The notes under the pieces are model-generated. The model had not been told where the DNA came from. It was given only the letters and a program-made list of their open reading frames with translations, and searched no databases. A stretch of 63,999 bases of DNA, filler included, from Octopus bimaculoides (taxonomy: Eukaryota), in the NCBI RefSeq assembly GCF_001194135.2. It is 7 parts of 6 records of this genome, joined end to end, with 100 filler letters (N's around TTAATTAATTAA, not from the genome) between each part and the next. Parts side by side here need not be neighbours in the genome. Positions count along the whole stretch, not along the records: positions 1 to 19,897 come from NC_069002.1; positions 19,998 to 25,102 come from NC_068998.1; positions 25,203 to 47,569 come from NC_068984.1; 4 more parts are not named here. One strand, given 5' to 3'. The first letter of the stretch is position 1, and each line of letters opens with the position of its first letter. A program made the translations under genes and the position numbers. Below are positions 13,426 to 26,810 of the stretch, in pieces.

Positions 13426-14619
13426 CTAGAGATCCTACAATCACTGGTACGGTAGTTGCCTTGAGGTGCCACTTTTTTTTTCAATTTCTGTGCGAATGTG
13501 TATAGGGTACACAGAAACAGGATGGAATTGAACCAGCCAGTGAACTGGTCTTGAACAAGCGCACTAATAGATGGCAACATTTTGAACCGGGATCAGAGCT
13601 CTGTGGATGTATACGTTAGAGGACATGCTCCAGGCTTGCTTTGACACAATTAGGGAATTGCAAGACTTGAACCAGCGCTCAAGCAGATGGTAGTATTTAG
13701 AAATTTATATTTTCAAGATCGTATTCACCGTGTGGCTGTACATATATTTCCAGGAATAAGACACCTCATTGTGATCGGAAATACTTCTGATCGATATATA
13801 ATAGTATAGATATCAATAAATATTGTGAATTTGGCAGTGTAAAGATGTGGTTAATAACTTCGTAAATTATTAATCATAATAACTCATCCTAGACATTTTG
13901 TCATTTAATATATTTTTTCAAAATAAAACAACAAAAGCCTTAACAACAATGAAGCAGACAAACAAAATGTTGTTGATAGCTGCCACGGCAGAGTTAGTTG
14001 TTGCATAGATTTCATTGAAAAAAATATTCTTCTAATTTTTGTTTTCGTTCAAGAAAATTAAATACATTTCCCTTTCGTGTAATAAATCTTCACAATACAA
14101 ACTCCATTTATGTAGTAATTAGAAAAAAGAAAGAAAAATTAAAGAAAAAAAATGAAGAGAAAAGAAAGAAAGAAGAGAAAACAAAAGAAAAAAAGAGCAT
14201 TGTGTCGAAAAAAAAATGGCGAATTGAAGATTCTGTCTTCCATTTTTGTGAAGGACTAAACTGTTATAAGACTAGCGAATAACTTGTCTCGGTTTTGTTA
14301 CCATGTTTTTAATAGGTACAGAATGATTTATACGGAAGGAGAGTAGTTAATGAGCTTCAGACCAATAAATTCACCATTTCATTCCAAGTTGATAATCGCT
14401 GTTGTACATAAATAATAGTCTTCCATTTGTATACTCCTTTTGTCTTCTATCTTCCGCCATAATCTTTTTATTTTCTGCCGTCTGTCTCCGACAGACTCTC
14501 TCTTTTCTTTCTTTTCTCTTATTTTTTTCCCCTTGATTCTTTTATTCCTTTTTTTTTTCCCTCTCTGGCTTTTATCTTCTTATCTTCTGTTGTATAACTT
14601 GTCTGTGAGCCTACTTCTG

Positions 14620-14621
14620 CA

Positions 14622-14671
<50 letters not shown>

Positions 14672-14727
14672 GTCATGTCATTCTTCGTTTCATTCATTCA
14701 TTCATTCTTGTGGTTTTTGTCTTTGTT

Positions 14728-14766
<39 letters not shown>

Positions 14767-14839
14767 CTTCTTCTTCTTCTTCTTCTTCTTCTTCTTCTTC
14801 TTCTTCTTCTTCTTCTTCTTCTTCTTCTTCTTCTTCTTC
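14620..14839. repeat. Compound microsatellite (TTTC)n, (GTT)n, (CTT)n
   Basis: Direct inspection. Confidence 0.95.
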
Positions 14840-15026
14840 NNNNNNNNNNNNNNNNNNNNNNNNNNNNNNNNNNNNNNNNNNNNNNNNNNNNNNNNNNNNN
14901 NNNNNNNNNNNNNNNNNNNNNNNNNNNNNNNNNNNNNNNNNNNNNNNNNNNNNNNNNNNNNNNNNNNNNNNNNNNNNNNNNNNNNNNNNNNNNNNNNNNN
15001 NNNNNNNNNNNNNNNNNNNNNNNNNN

Positions 15027-15087
<61 letters not shown>

Positions 15088-16385
15088 TTACATAGATTAT
15101 ATATCTGCCGTTATCACATTTTGCACCTGATAAAACATAACACTGTGCTCCCGATCACTACACTTTTATACAAATTAGATTCATTTCTATACGGGTTTGT
15201 GTATACTATAAATAGCGGCAAACCATCATTTTCCCAATGGTAAGGAAAATGTGTAACCGATCCTTGATGACCACACATATGTATATTAATTACCGCTGTT
15301 GAACATAGGTGTTGATGAAAAGCACAACCACGACCCTATAACCCAATTTCCACACCTCTCTCGAAATGTACATACACACAGACACACTCATGCACATATT
15401 TGTACAACTGCATACATATATATATATATATATATATATACACATGTACACATACACACACAAACACATAGCCACATGTGTATGTATCTATACCAATATA
15501 TATATNNNNNNNNNNNNNNNNNNNNNNNNNNNNNNNNNNNNNNNNNNNNNNNNNNNNNNNNNNNNNNNNNNNNNNNNNNNNNNNNNNNNNNNNNNNNNNN
15601 NNNNNNNNNNNNNNNNNNNNNNNNNNNNNNNNNNNNNNNNNNNNNNNNNNNNNNNNNNNNNNNNNNNNNNNNNNNNNNNNNNNNNNNNNNNNNNNNNNNN
15701 NNNNNNNNNNNNNNNNNNNNNNNNNNNNNNNNNNNNNNNNNNNNNNNNNNNNNNNNNNNNNNNNNNNNNNNNNNNNNNNNNNNNNNNNNNNNNNNNNNNN
15801 NNNNNNNNNNNNNNNNNNNNNNNNNNNNNNNNNNNNNNNNNNNNNNNNNNNNNNNNNNNNNNNNNNNNNNNNNNNNNNNNNNNNNNNNNNNNNNNNNNNN
15901 NNNNNNNNNNNNNNNNNNNNNNNNNNNNNNNNNNNNNNNNNNNNNNNNNNNNNNNNNNNNNNNNNNNNNNNNNNNNNNNNNNNNNNNNNNNNNNNNNNNN
16001 NNNNNNNNNNNNNNNNNNNNNNNNNNNNNNNNNNNNNNNNNNNNNNNNNNNNNNNNNNNNNNNNNNNNNNNNNNNNNNNNNNNNNNNNNNNNNNNNNNNN
16101 NNNNNNNNNNNNNNNNNNNNNNNNNNNNNNNNNNNNNNNNNNNNNNNNNNNNNNNNNNNNNNNNNNNNNNNNNNNNNNNNNNNNNNNNNNNNNNNNNNNN
16201 NNNNNNNNNNNNNNNNNNNNNNNNNNNNNNNNNNNNNNNNNNNNNNNNNNNNNNNNNNNTTACCGCTGTTGAACATAGGTGTTGATGAAAAGCACAACCA
16301 CGACCCTATAACCCAATTTCCACACCTCTCTCGAAATGTACATACACACAGACACACTCATGCACATATTTGTACAACTGCATAC

Positions 16386-16420
<35 letters not shown>

Positions 16421-16638
16421 TATATATGGGTGTTTGTGCTTGCGTACAACTGTGCGTATACGTTTGTATATCGTTCTTTGTGTGTGTGTATGTGTGAGTG
16501 CTTTGTATTTTTTCTTCCATAAACAGCTATAGTATGTGAAAGTGGTTATGGCAATTCTTTATTGATTCTCACAGAGAAATCAAAGAGTTTCTGAAGAAAT
16601 CTTCAAGAAACAGATTTGCTTCTGTAAATATATTCCGA

Positions 16639-16673
<35 letters not shown>

Positions 16674-18334
16674 ATACAATAAAAAAGCCAACTCGAAAAA
16701 CAACAAAACATAAATAAACAACATATAAAAACAAATATAAAAATGAATCAAAATGTGAAAGGGAAAGAAAAAGTAAGGAAATAGTAGATATAATATTGAG
16801 AATAGGTATGGGTCTGATAAGAAAGAGACAACAACAGGAACAACAACAATAACAATACTGTTCGCTTGATAAAAGAACATGGAACAGTATATANNNNNNN
16901 NNNNNNNNNNNNNNNNNNNNNNNNNNNNNNNNNNNNNNNNNNNNNNNNNNNNNNNNNNNNNNNNNNNNNNNNNNNNNNNNNNNNNNNNNNNNNNNNNNNN
17001 NNNNNNNNNNNNNNNNNNNNNNNNNNNNNNNNNNNNNNNNNNNNNNNNNNNNNNNNNNNNNNNNNNNNNNNNNNNNNNNNNNNNNNNNNNNNNNNNNNNN
17101 NNNNNNNNNNNNNNNNNNNNNNNNNNNNNNNNNNNNNNNNNNNNNNNNNNNNNNNNNNNNNNNNNNNNNNNNNNNNNNNNNNNNNNNNNNNNNNNNNNNN
17201 NNNNNNNNNNNNNNNNNNNNNNNNNNNNNNNNNNNNNNNNNNNNNNNNNNNNNNNNNNNNNNNNNNNNNNNNNNNNNNNNNNNNNNNNNNNNNNNNNNNN
17301 NNNNNNNNNNNNNNNNNNNNNNNNNNNNNNNNNNNNNNNNNNNNNNNNNNNNNNNNNNNNNNNNNNNNNNNNNNNNNNNNNNNNNNNNNNNNNNNNNNNN
17401 NNNNNNNNNNNNNNNNNNNNNNNNNNNNNNNNNNNNNNNNNNNNNNNNNNNNNNNNNNNNNNNNNNNNNNNNNNNNNNNNNNNNNNNNNNNNNNNNNNNN
17501 NNNNNNNNNNNNNNNNNNNNNNNNNNNNNNNNNNNNNNNNNNNNNNNNNNNNNNNNNNNNNNNNNNNNNNNNNNNNNNNNNNNNNNNNNNNNNNNNNNNN
17601 NNNNNNNNNNTATATATATATGTATATATATATATATATATATACATATAGATATATATTTATATCTTGAGATATAAATGTAAGAATAAGAAGAGTTAGC
17701 AATAAGAATTAAAAAAACAGAACAAATACAGCAAAAAAGTTTTCCAGAGACAAAAACAGATGCAGACAATTGTTGCGAGGGAAAGAAGAGATCTACAGGG
17801 GGAGTTTGTTATTGCGCTGAGGACCAAAGATTGAAAACAAACTAACGTATAAAAAACAAAACAAAAACTAACCATAATAGAATGGTCTGAAGAACAAGAA
17901 GAAACGATAAGAAAGAAGAAGAGGAGAGATGGAAAGAAAGAAGTAGAGAAGGAGAGAGAAGTAGAGAAGGAGAGAGATAGTGAGAGTGAGAAAGAGAGAG
18001 GAAGACAAAAATACAGTAGATTGTAGATGAGCGAATGATAAGTCCTCGGTAGAAAAAATGGTGGGATATTGTGAAAGAAGGTAAATCGGAAAATATATAT
18101 TAAAAAGAAGTGAATAAACACTGTGATGGAGTTAGATATCATGGAGGATTTTAAATATACATACATACATCCATCCATCCATACATACATATATGCATGT
18201 GTATATACATATACATACCTATATGGATTTATATATAGCTTTATAGATATGTATATGTGTATGTGTATATATATATGTATTTATACGTAGATATACATGT
18301 ACATATATACATACATACATATATATAGATATAC

Positions 18335-18380
<46 letters not shown>

Positions 18381-19837
18381 NNNNNNNNNNNNNNNNNNNN
18401 NNNNNNNNNNNNNNNNNNNNNNNNNNNNNNNNNNNNNNNNNNNNNNNNNNNNNNNNNNNNNNNNNNNNNNNNNNNNNNNNNNNNNNNNNNNNNNNNNNNN
18501 NNNNNNNNNNNNNNNNNNNNNNNNNNNNNNNNNNNNNNNNNNNNNNNNNNNNNNNNNNNNNNNNNNNNNNNNNNNNNNNNNNNNNNNNNNNNNNNNNNNN
18601 NNNNNNNNNNNNNNNNNNNNNNNNNNNNNNNNNNNNNNNNNNNNNNNNNNNNNNNNNNNNNNNNNNNNNNNNNNNNNNNNNNNNNNNNNNNNNNNNNNNN
18701 NNNNNNNNNNNNNNNNNNNNNNNNNNNNNNNNNNNNNNNNNNNNNNNNNNNNNNNNNNNNNNNNNNNNNNNNNNNNNNNNNNNNNNNNNNNNNNNNNNNN
18801 NNNNNNNNNNNNNNNNNNNNNNNNNNNNNNNNNNNNNNNNNNNNNNNNNNNNNNNNNNNNNNNNNNNNNNNNNNNNNNNNNNNNNNNNNNNNNNNNNNNN
18901 NNNNNNNNNNNNNNNNNNNNNNNNNNNNNNNNNNNNNNNNNNNNNNNNNNNNNNNNNNNNNNNNNNNNNNNNNNNNNNNNNNNNNNNNNNNNNNNNNNNN
19001 NNNNNNNNNNNNNNNNNNNNNNNNNNNNNNNNNNNNNNNNNNNNNNNNNNNNNNNNNNNNNNNNNNNNNNNNNNNNNNNNNNNNNNNNNNNNNNNNNNNN
19101 NNNNNNNNNNNNNNNNNNNNNNNNNNNNNNNNNNNNNNNNNNNNNNNNNNNNNNNNNNNNNNNNNNNNNNNNNNNNNNNNNNNNNNNNNNNNNNNNNNNN
19201 NNNNNNNNNNNNNNNNNNNNNNNNNNNNNNNNNNNNNNNNNNNNNNNNNNNNNNNNNNNNNNNNNNNNNNNNNNNNNNNNNNNNNNNNNNNNNNNNNNNN
19301 NNNNNNNNNNNNNNNNNNNNNNNNNNNNNNNNATATATATATATATATGTAAATATATATATATATCAGGTTTAGGAAGGAGAAGAGATTCGTTTATATT
19401 TCGTATTATGTCAAAAATATTGATATGACTAATCTCCTTTTAAGTTGCATACTTTTATATATCAACACCTTAATCTAGCAGATTAATATTACAGCTAGTT
19501 ATATTACCACTAATGTTCAGGATTATGAGTTACATTTTTGCACTTATACATACAACTGATTTTCTCTTACGAACATAAATGTATAATACTTACATACAAA
19601 CATACATACATACATACATACATACATTCCTCACTGTTGATAAATAAAACTAAATGATAGTATACGTAGAAGACTACTCTGTTGATGTCGTCTAAATTTC
19701 AATGACAGAGACATAAACGTCAGTGGAAACCGGTACGGTGTATAATGTACAATTAATATATGTATACTAATAAAATATATATTATATATATATCAATGAA
19801 TATTACATTAAATATATACATGCATACATACATACAT

Positions 19838-19897
<60 letters not shown>

Positions 19898-19997
19898 NNN
19901 NNNNNNNNNNNNNNNNNNNNNNNNNNNNNNNNNNNNNNNNNTTAATTAATTAANNNNNNNNNNNNNNNNNNNNNNNNNNNNNNNNNNNNNNNNNNNN
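19898..19997. other. Artificial scaffold linker 44N-TTAATTAATTAA-44N (also 25103-25202, 47570-47669, 56313-56412, 59890-59989, 62425-62524)
   Basis: Six identical 100-bp spacers; the 12-mer gives stop codons in all six frames. Confidence 0.97.
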
Positions 19998-20067
<70 letters not shown>

Positions 20068-20559
20068 ATACTACCTCCTCCACCACACTTCCATACTAAA
20101 GCAACCACTGCAGCCACGTCACTATCCCACCATAAGCCGCTCTGCTATCAACCACTAACACAACCACAACCAACACTACCACTAAACTACAATTTTCTCT
20201 AAACTTCCACCACTTCCACCACTTCCAGCAACACCAACACCACTACTACTATTATCACCTCAGCCACTCCACAGCGCCACCTACACAACCAACACTTGTG
20301 TGTTGTTTAACAAGCAGTCATTTGGGATAAGCGACGCAGATTATTTCGCTGTTGTTATTGTGTTATACAAGGGTTTATTTTAAGTCCTCTGTTGTTACCG
20401 CTGTCAACTGGATAATCGTAGTATTTATTGTATTCCCACTTTATCGTTTAATGCTGTTGTTGTCATTGTTGTTGTTCTTGACGTTATTGCTGTTTTCGAT
20501 GTTATTGTTGTTTTATTATTTGTATTATTTTCTTTTCTTATTGTCTTCTAATGTTAGTG

Positions 20560-20990
20560 TTGTTTGACCGTGTTTAATGTTATTTGACGCGATATCTTTT
20601 ATACGAGTGTTATCAATCGTTGATATCCTTCTCCATGTTGCTTGACACGATTGTTCGCTCTCATTATGACTCTTGTTACGGTTTGATGTTGTTCCAGCTA
20701 TGTTGTTTGATATGACTATTGCTTGACCTTACAATTATCAACTAGTTTGATGTTACGATAATTCGATTGTTTGATATTGTAGTTGTTTGATGTTACGATA
20801 GTATGATGTTATTATTAATTGCTTGATAGTATTATCTGATCTTGTGATTGCTTGATGCTATCATGATTGCTCGACCCTCTCGTTGTCTGATGCTATAATT
20901 GCTTCACTTGTTTGATGCTATAATTATTGTTTGACACAGTAGCTGTTTGCGATGTGATTGTTGTTGTTATTACGCCTGTTTGACGCAGTT
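20560..20990. repeat. Decayed cryptic repeat built on TTGYTTGAY, roughly 18-bp spacing
   Basis: Recurrent ttgtttgat/ttgcttgat/ttgtttgac words. Confidence 0.5.
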
Positions 20991-21334
20991 ATTTTCCTTT
21001 TTTTATGTTAGTCATGTGATTCAGAGTAAATATTTCGCTCATTATTATAACCTTCACCCAGTTACTTTCGATATCAAACTGTCTTCCTATGGTTACGCTG
21101 TTAAAATCGAACTGCACTCATCAAAACTTGCACTAATAATTAGGACAAAGTATAATTACTACCTGCTTTTATAGCAAGTTGATGCAGGAAGTTTATCCCG
21201 TCCCCCTCCGACTTTTAGTTCATGCAATTGAAAAAGTGTATTGTTTATGGGATGACCCAATATATATATACATATATATACTATATGAGTGTGTGTAAAT
21301 GTATGTATGTATGTATGTTGTATTTATGTTTGTG

Positions 21335-21368
<34 letters not shown>

Positions 21369-21655
21369 TGTATAACGTAGAAAATGAACGACTTTCCCAG
21401 CTATGAAAATGGCACCAAAGAAGGAAAAGCATGAAAAAAACGGCTTCAAAGATGGAAGGCGAGGGGAGCTAGTAAGGCTGGGACGAATTATTGTTTTCGT
21501 TTAAAATTATTTTTTAAAATGAAGTAAATGTATTCAAGAAAAAATCAAAGAGAAAAGAATAAGTGTAAAGTAGGAAAACAACTGTGCTAAGTTTTTAAAA
21601 GTAAATAACCACGTGGGAACAAGTAGTAAAGAGAAGCAAAGTGTATGCGTTGGGG

Positions 21656-22440
21656 AATGCTGATAGTGGTTGCTGGATGTGGATGGTGGTGGATGGTTAT
21701 GTTGGTGAAGTCGTTGTTACTGGTGAACGAAAGTTGATGGGTTTGTTTGTGGATGCTAGTTGTGGTTGCTGGATGTGGTTGACGGTGGATGGTTATGTTG
21801 TTGAAGTCATTGTTAGTGGTGAGCGAAAGTTGATGGGGTTGTTTGTGGATGCTAGTTGTGGTTGCTGGATGTGGTTGACGGTGGATGGTTATGTTGTTGA
21901 AGTCATTGTTAGTGGTGAGCGAAAGTTGATGGGNNNNNNNNNNNNNNNNNNNNNNNNNNNNNNNNNNNNNNNNNNNNNNNNNNNNNNNNNNNNNNNNNNN
22001 NNNNNNNNNNNNNNNNNNNNNNNNNNNNNNNNNNNNNNNNNNNNNNNNNNNNNNNNNNNNNNNNNNNNNNNNNNNNNNNNNNNNNNNNNNNNNNNNNNNN
22101 NNNNNNNNNNNNNNNNNNNNNNNNNNNNNNNNNNNNNNNNNNNNNNNNNNNNNNNNNNNNNNNNNNNNNNNNNNNNNNNNNNNNNNNNNNNNNNNNNNNN
22201 NNNNNNNNNNNNNNNNNNNNNNNNNNNNNNNNNNNNNNNNNNNNNNNNNNNNNNNNNNNNNNNNNNNNNNNNNNNNNNNNNNNNNNNNNNNNNNNNNNNN
22301 NNNNNNNNNNNNNNGATGGTTATGTTGTTGAAGTCGTTGTTAGTGGTGAGCGAAAGTTGATGGGGTTGTTTGTGGATGCTAGTTGTGGTTGCTGGATGTG
22401 GTTGGCGGTGGATGGTTATGTTGTTGAAATTGTTGTTAGC
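21656..22440. repeat. 96-bp minisatellite spanning an N gap
   Basis: GGATGCTAGTTGTGGTTGCTGGATGTGG...GTTTGT unit repeated on both sides of the gap 21934-22314. Confidence 0.88.
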
Positions 22441-22779
22441 AGATGACAGTTGTTGGTGGGTGGTTGTGTTTTCTGGTTGCTCGTCATGGTTTAGTGGTTG
22501 TTGTGGTTGGTATTTATGGTGGTAATTTGGTTAATTTATTGCTATTACTATTATTATTGTTACGGTTTGGCCCAACCTGGCTTTGACCGAGGAGTCCCAT
22601 TAAAAAAAATCATTCCAGCCATGCCCATCCTGCTTTTTCCAATCAGACAACTGAGCTTGCAATATCTTTTTTTTAAAAAATCTGTAGCAGGTAATACAGG
22701 AAACGTTACGCTGCCATTTCTAACATTTTATGCGACCACATAGTGACTCCCTCGAGCGGTTGGTGATTCGTATTGTCGA

Positions 22780-23163
22780 CTGTTGTGGGTATGGTGGATG
22801 GTGGTGGGTTTGTGATAGGGGCTGGTAGTTTGGGGATGATATTAGTCGTGTGTTCACTTGGTGATGGTGGCGAAGGTGATAATGGTGGTGGTGGTGTAGA
22901 CGGTGGTGATGGTCATGATGACTGTGGTGGTGGTGATAGGAGTGGTGGTGGTGATGGTGATGGTAGTGGCAGTGATAGTGCTGTGTTGTCTTGGTGGTGG
23001 CGCTGGTGGAGATGGAGGTGGTGTTGATGGTGGTGGTGACTGTGATGGTGGTGATAGTGATGGTGGTGGTGATGGTGATGGTAGTGGTGGTGGTGGTGGC
23101 AGTGATACTGCTGTGTTGTCTTAGTAGTGGTGTTGATGGTGGTGGTGACTGGTGGCGGTGATG
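22780..23163. repeat. GGT/GAT-rich low-complexity tract with an internal duplication
   Basis: ggtggtgatggtgatggtagtgg...agtgata.tgctgtgttgtctt occurs twice. Confidence 0.8.
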
Positions 23164-24296
23164 NNNNNNNNNNNNNNNNNNNNNNNNNNNNNNNNNNNNN
23201 NNNNNNNNNNNNNNNNNNNNNNNNNNNNNNNNNNNNNNNNNNNNNNNNNNNNNNNNNNNNNNNNNNNNNNNNNNNNNNNNNNNNNNNNNNNNNNNNNNNN
23301 NNNNNNNNNNNNNNNNNNNNNNNNNNNNNNNNNNNNNNNNNNNNNNNNNNNNNNNNNNNNNNNNNNNNNNNNNNNNNNNNNNNNNNNNNNNNNNNNNNNN
23401 NNNNNNNNNNNNNNNNNNNNNNNNNNNNNNNNNNNNNNNNNNNNNNNNNNNNNNNNNNNNNNNNNNNNNNNNNNNNNNNNNNNNNNNNNNNNNNNNNNNN
23501 NNNNNNNNNNNNNNNNNNNNNNNNNNNNNNNNNNNNNNNNNNNNNNNNNNNNNNNNNNNNNNNNNNNNNNNNNNNNNNNNNNNNNNNNNNNNNNNNNNNN
23601 NNNNNNNNNNNNNNNNNNNNNNNNNNNNNNNNNNNNNNNNNNNNNNNNNNNNNNNNNNNNNNNNNNNNNNNNNNNNNNNNNNNNNNNNNNNNNNNNNNNN
23701 NNNNNNNNNNNNNNNNNNNNNNNNNNNNNNNNNNNNNNNNNNNNNNNNNNNNNNNNNNNNNNNNNNNNNNNNNNNNNNNNNNNNNNNNNNNNNNNNNNNN
23801 NNNNNNNNNNNNNNNNNNNNNNNNNNNNNNNNNNNNNNNNNNNNNNNNNNNNNNNNNNNNNNNNNNNNNNNNNNNNNNNNNNNNNNNNNNNNNNNNNNNN
23901 NNNNNNNNNNNNNNNNNNNNNNNNNNNNNNNNNNNNNNNNNNNNNNNNNNNNNNNNNNNNNNNNNNNNNNNNNNNNNNNNNNNNNNNNNNNNNNNNNNNN
24001 NNNNNNNNNNNNNNNNNNNNNNNNNNNNNNNNNNNNNNNNNNNNNTGAAGCTCGTGTATTGATGTTTCTTTTGAATCTATCTTAAGAAAATTTTATGTTT
24101 TGAGTCTTGAGAAAATTTTTATTCATATTTTTGCAATTTTGATTTACTTTGACGACATTTTTCGTCTTTTGTTTTCTCTCGTAGTCTTTCTCTTTCTCAG
24201 TCTGTCTGTCTGTCTGCCTCACTTTCTTTCTGTCTCTCTCTCTCACTCTCTTATTCTCTAAATCTCGCTCACTCTCTCTCTCTCTCTCTGTCTCTA

Positions 24297-24339
<43 letters not shown>

Positions 24340-24340
<1 letters not shown>

Positions 24341-24880
24341 TCTCCAGTATACTTTTGATTCGGTGTTTGTACTATCTGTTTCCAGCTTCAAATACCTATT
24401 TCTGGCACAATTTCTAGTGTAAAACCTTTACAACCTGGTCGTGCCTCCGTTTCTTATATTCTTCCTGCGCCAACTTGGGGCATTCTGCCACAATGTGTGC
24501 CACTGTCTCGTTTCAAATTCCATAGGCTCTAAGTTTTTCTGACACATTCTCAACGTATATATTTTTTTCTCAGGTTGTTTGTTTTTATTGCTTGATCTTG
24601 GGCTGCTACAATTAGGATCTCTGTTTCTTTTTTTTTAATTTCCCCTGTTTTAACCAAGCCCAGGGCTTTGTTCCACATACGTCTTCAGTGGCTCTCCAAC
24701 ATTGGTCATGCAGAGTTTTCTCTTCAATCTGTCTGACATGCTCTCTTTGTATTTCATTCTTGTCTTTTTCTCCTGTTTCGCGCTTCATCACCTGTTTTTT
24801 ATTAACTGTTTTCTGTAATGTTCTCTACTGGGCTTTTTCTTTCCATCTGTACACATTCTGCTATTAAACCTCTTCCTTAT
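24340..24880 (-). mobile_element. R4/Dong-type (RLE) non-LTR retrotransposon fragment, CCHC region
   Basis: ETEILIVAAQDQAI and ETVAHIVAECPKLAQEEYKKRRHDQVVKVLH. Confidence 0.85.
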
Positions 24881-24904
24881 CTATAATATATGTATATGCA
24901 GACA

Positions 24905-25060
24905 CACAACGGGCTTCTTTCAGTTTCCGCCTACCAAATCCACTCACAAGGCTTTGGTAGGCCCGTGGATATAGAAAGCACTTGCCAATGTTGCCACGCA
25001 TTGGGACTGAACTCGAAGCCATGTGGTTACGAAGCATGATTCTTACATCACAGCCATGTC
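24905..25060 (-). mobile_element. SINE, same family as 10240
   Basis: ggcttctttcagtttccgcctaccaaatccactcacaaggctttgg. Confidence 0.8.
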
Positions 25061-25202
25061 AAGTTATAGATATAAATGTATGTATTTGTACATACATACA
25101 TANNNNNNNNNNNNNNNNNNNNNNNNNNNNNNNNNNNNNNNNNNNNTTAATTAATTAANNNNNNNNNNNNNNNNNNNNNNNNNNNNNNNNNNNNNNNNNN
25201 NN

Positions 25203-26260
25203 AGGCCAGTCAGGAGGTAATGGCAACGGCCACGCTCGAAATGGTGTATTTTACGTGCCACCTGCACAGGAGCCAGTCCAGCGGTACTGGCAATGAACTC
25301 GCTTGAATGTCTTTTCACGTGCCACTGGCACAAGTGCCAGGAAGGCAACGTTGGTAATGGTCACGCTGAAATGGTGCTATTTATGTGCCACCTGTACGGA
25401 AGCCAGACAGCTGGTGCTCTGACAACGATCACGCTCGGACGGTGTTCTTAGTGATTTACTGGTACAGGTGCCATCACGATTTCGCTTGTGTAGCCATCTG
25501 GTTCACCAGTCCTCAGTAAAATCGTCCAACCCTTGCTAGCATGGAAAGCGGACGTTAAACGATGATGATGATGATAAGACATCATCATTTAATGTCCACT
25601 TTTCCATGCTTGCATGGATCAGACAGAATTTGTTGAGACAGATTTTCTATGAACAGATGATCTTCCTGTCACCAACCCTTACCTGTTTCCAAGTCAGGTA
25701 ATACTTTCCCATGACCAGACATGTTTTCACAGAACACTGGGAAAGAAGAACACTGCTTGCATCATGGAGACATTTGTTTACAACTATCACACAATGTCTA
25801 GAAGACTAACAAACACACATACAGATATATATATATATATATAAAAGCACCTGTCGAATGTTGGACCTCATGGAGCCAATGTGGCCAATGCCAGTGTCAC
25901 GTAACTGGTACTTGAGCCAGTGGCATATAAAAAGCACCTTTCAAGCATTGGGCCTCATGGAAGCAATGACAAATGACCGAGACCTTTGGCAACATGCTGT
26001 GCTTAAGAAGAAGACCCATTAAACCAAGTGAAATTGTAGTCGTGGCAGATACTGGTGTCACGCAACTGGCACCCATGCTGGTGGCATGCAAAAGCACCCA
26101 TTACACTCTTGAAGTAGTTGGTGTTAGGAATGGCATCCAGCTGTAGAAACCATGCCAAATCAGACTGGAGTCTGGTGCAGCCCCTCAGCTTACCAGCCCT
26201 GGTCAAATCGTTCAACCCATGCCAGCATGGACAACAGACATTAAATGATGATGATAATGA
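25203..26260. mobile_element. Cluster of retroposon 3' ends with (GAT)n tails in both orientations
   Basis: CCCATGCYAGCATGGAAA...GTTAAA(T/C)GATGATGAT ends at about 25575(+), 25580(-) and 26255(+); the same tail recurs at about 27740 and 28150. Confidence 0.65.
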
Positions 26261-26284
26261 TATATACCCATACATATATATGAC

Positions 26285-26440
26285 CGGCTTCTTTCAGTTT
26301 CTGTCTACCAAATCTACTCACTAGGTTTTGGTCAGCCTAGAGCTATAGTAGTAGACACTTGCCTATGTTGCCATGCAGAGGGACTGATCTTGGAACCATG
26401 TAGTTGGGAAGCAAACTTCTTATCACACAGCCACACTTGC
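26285..26440 (-). mobile_element. SINE, same family as 10240
   Basis: Similarity to other copies in the window. Confidence 0.8.
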
Positions 26441-26649
26441 ACCTATTAAGACTACTATAACTAAATATAAAATTTTACTGGGCTTAATAAATTAATATTT
26501 TGAGTGAAAAGTTATCTACAGATCAGTTTTCTGAATCAAATCTCCATTTCTTTTACTGTACAAAATTCACCAACACATTACTTTACAGAGCAACTCTCAA
26601 TTTAATAAAGAAGTCAGCAGAAGTGATTAATACTTTAGTATAATTGATA

Positions 26650-26810
26650 GGAGCAGGTGTGGCTGTCTAGTAAGAATTTTGCTTCCCAACCATATTGTTG
26701 CAGGTTCAGTTCCACTCCACAGCATCTTGGGCAAGTGTCTTCTAATATAATTCAGATTGACCAAAGCCTTGTGAATGGATTTGATAGACAGAAACTGAAA
26801 AGAAGGCCAT
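26650..26810 (+). mobile_element. SINE, same family as 10240, inverted relative to 26285
   Basis: gcaggtgtggctgt...ttgggcaagtgtcttct...gaaactgaaaagaagg. Confidence 0.8.
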
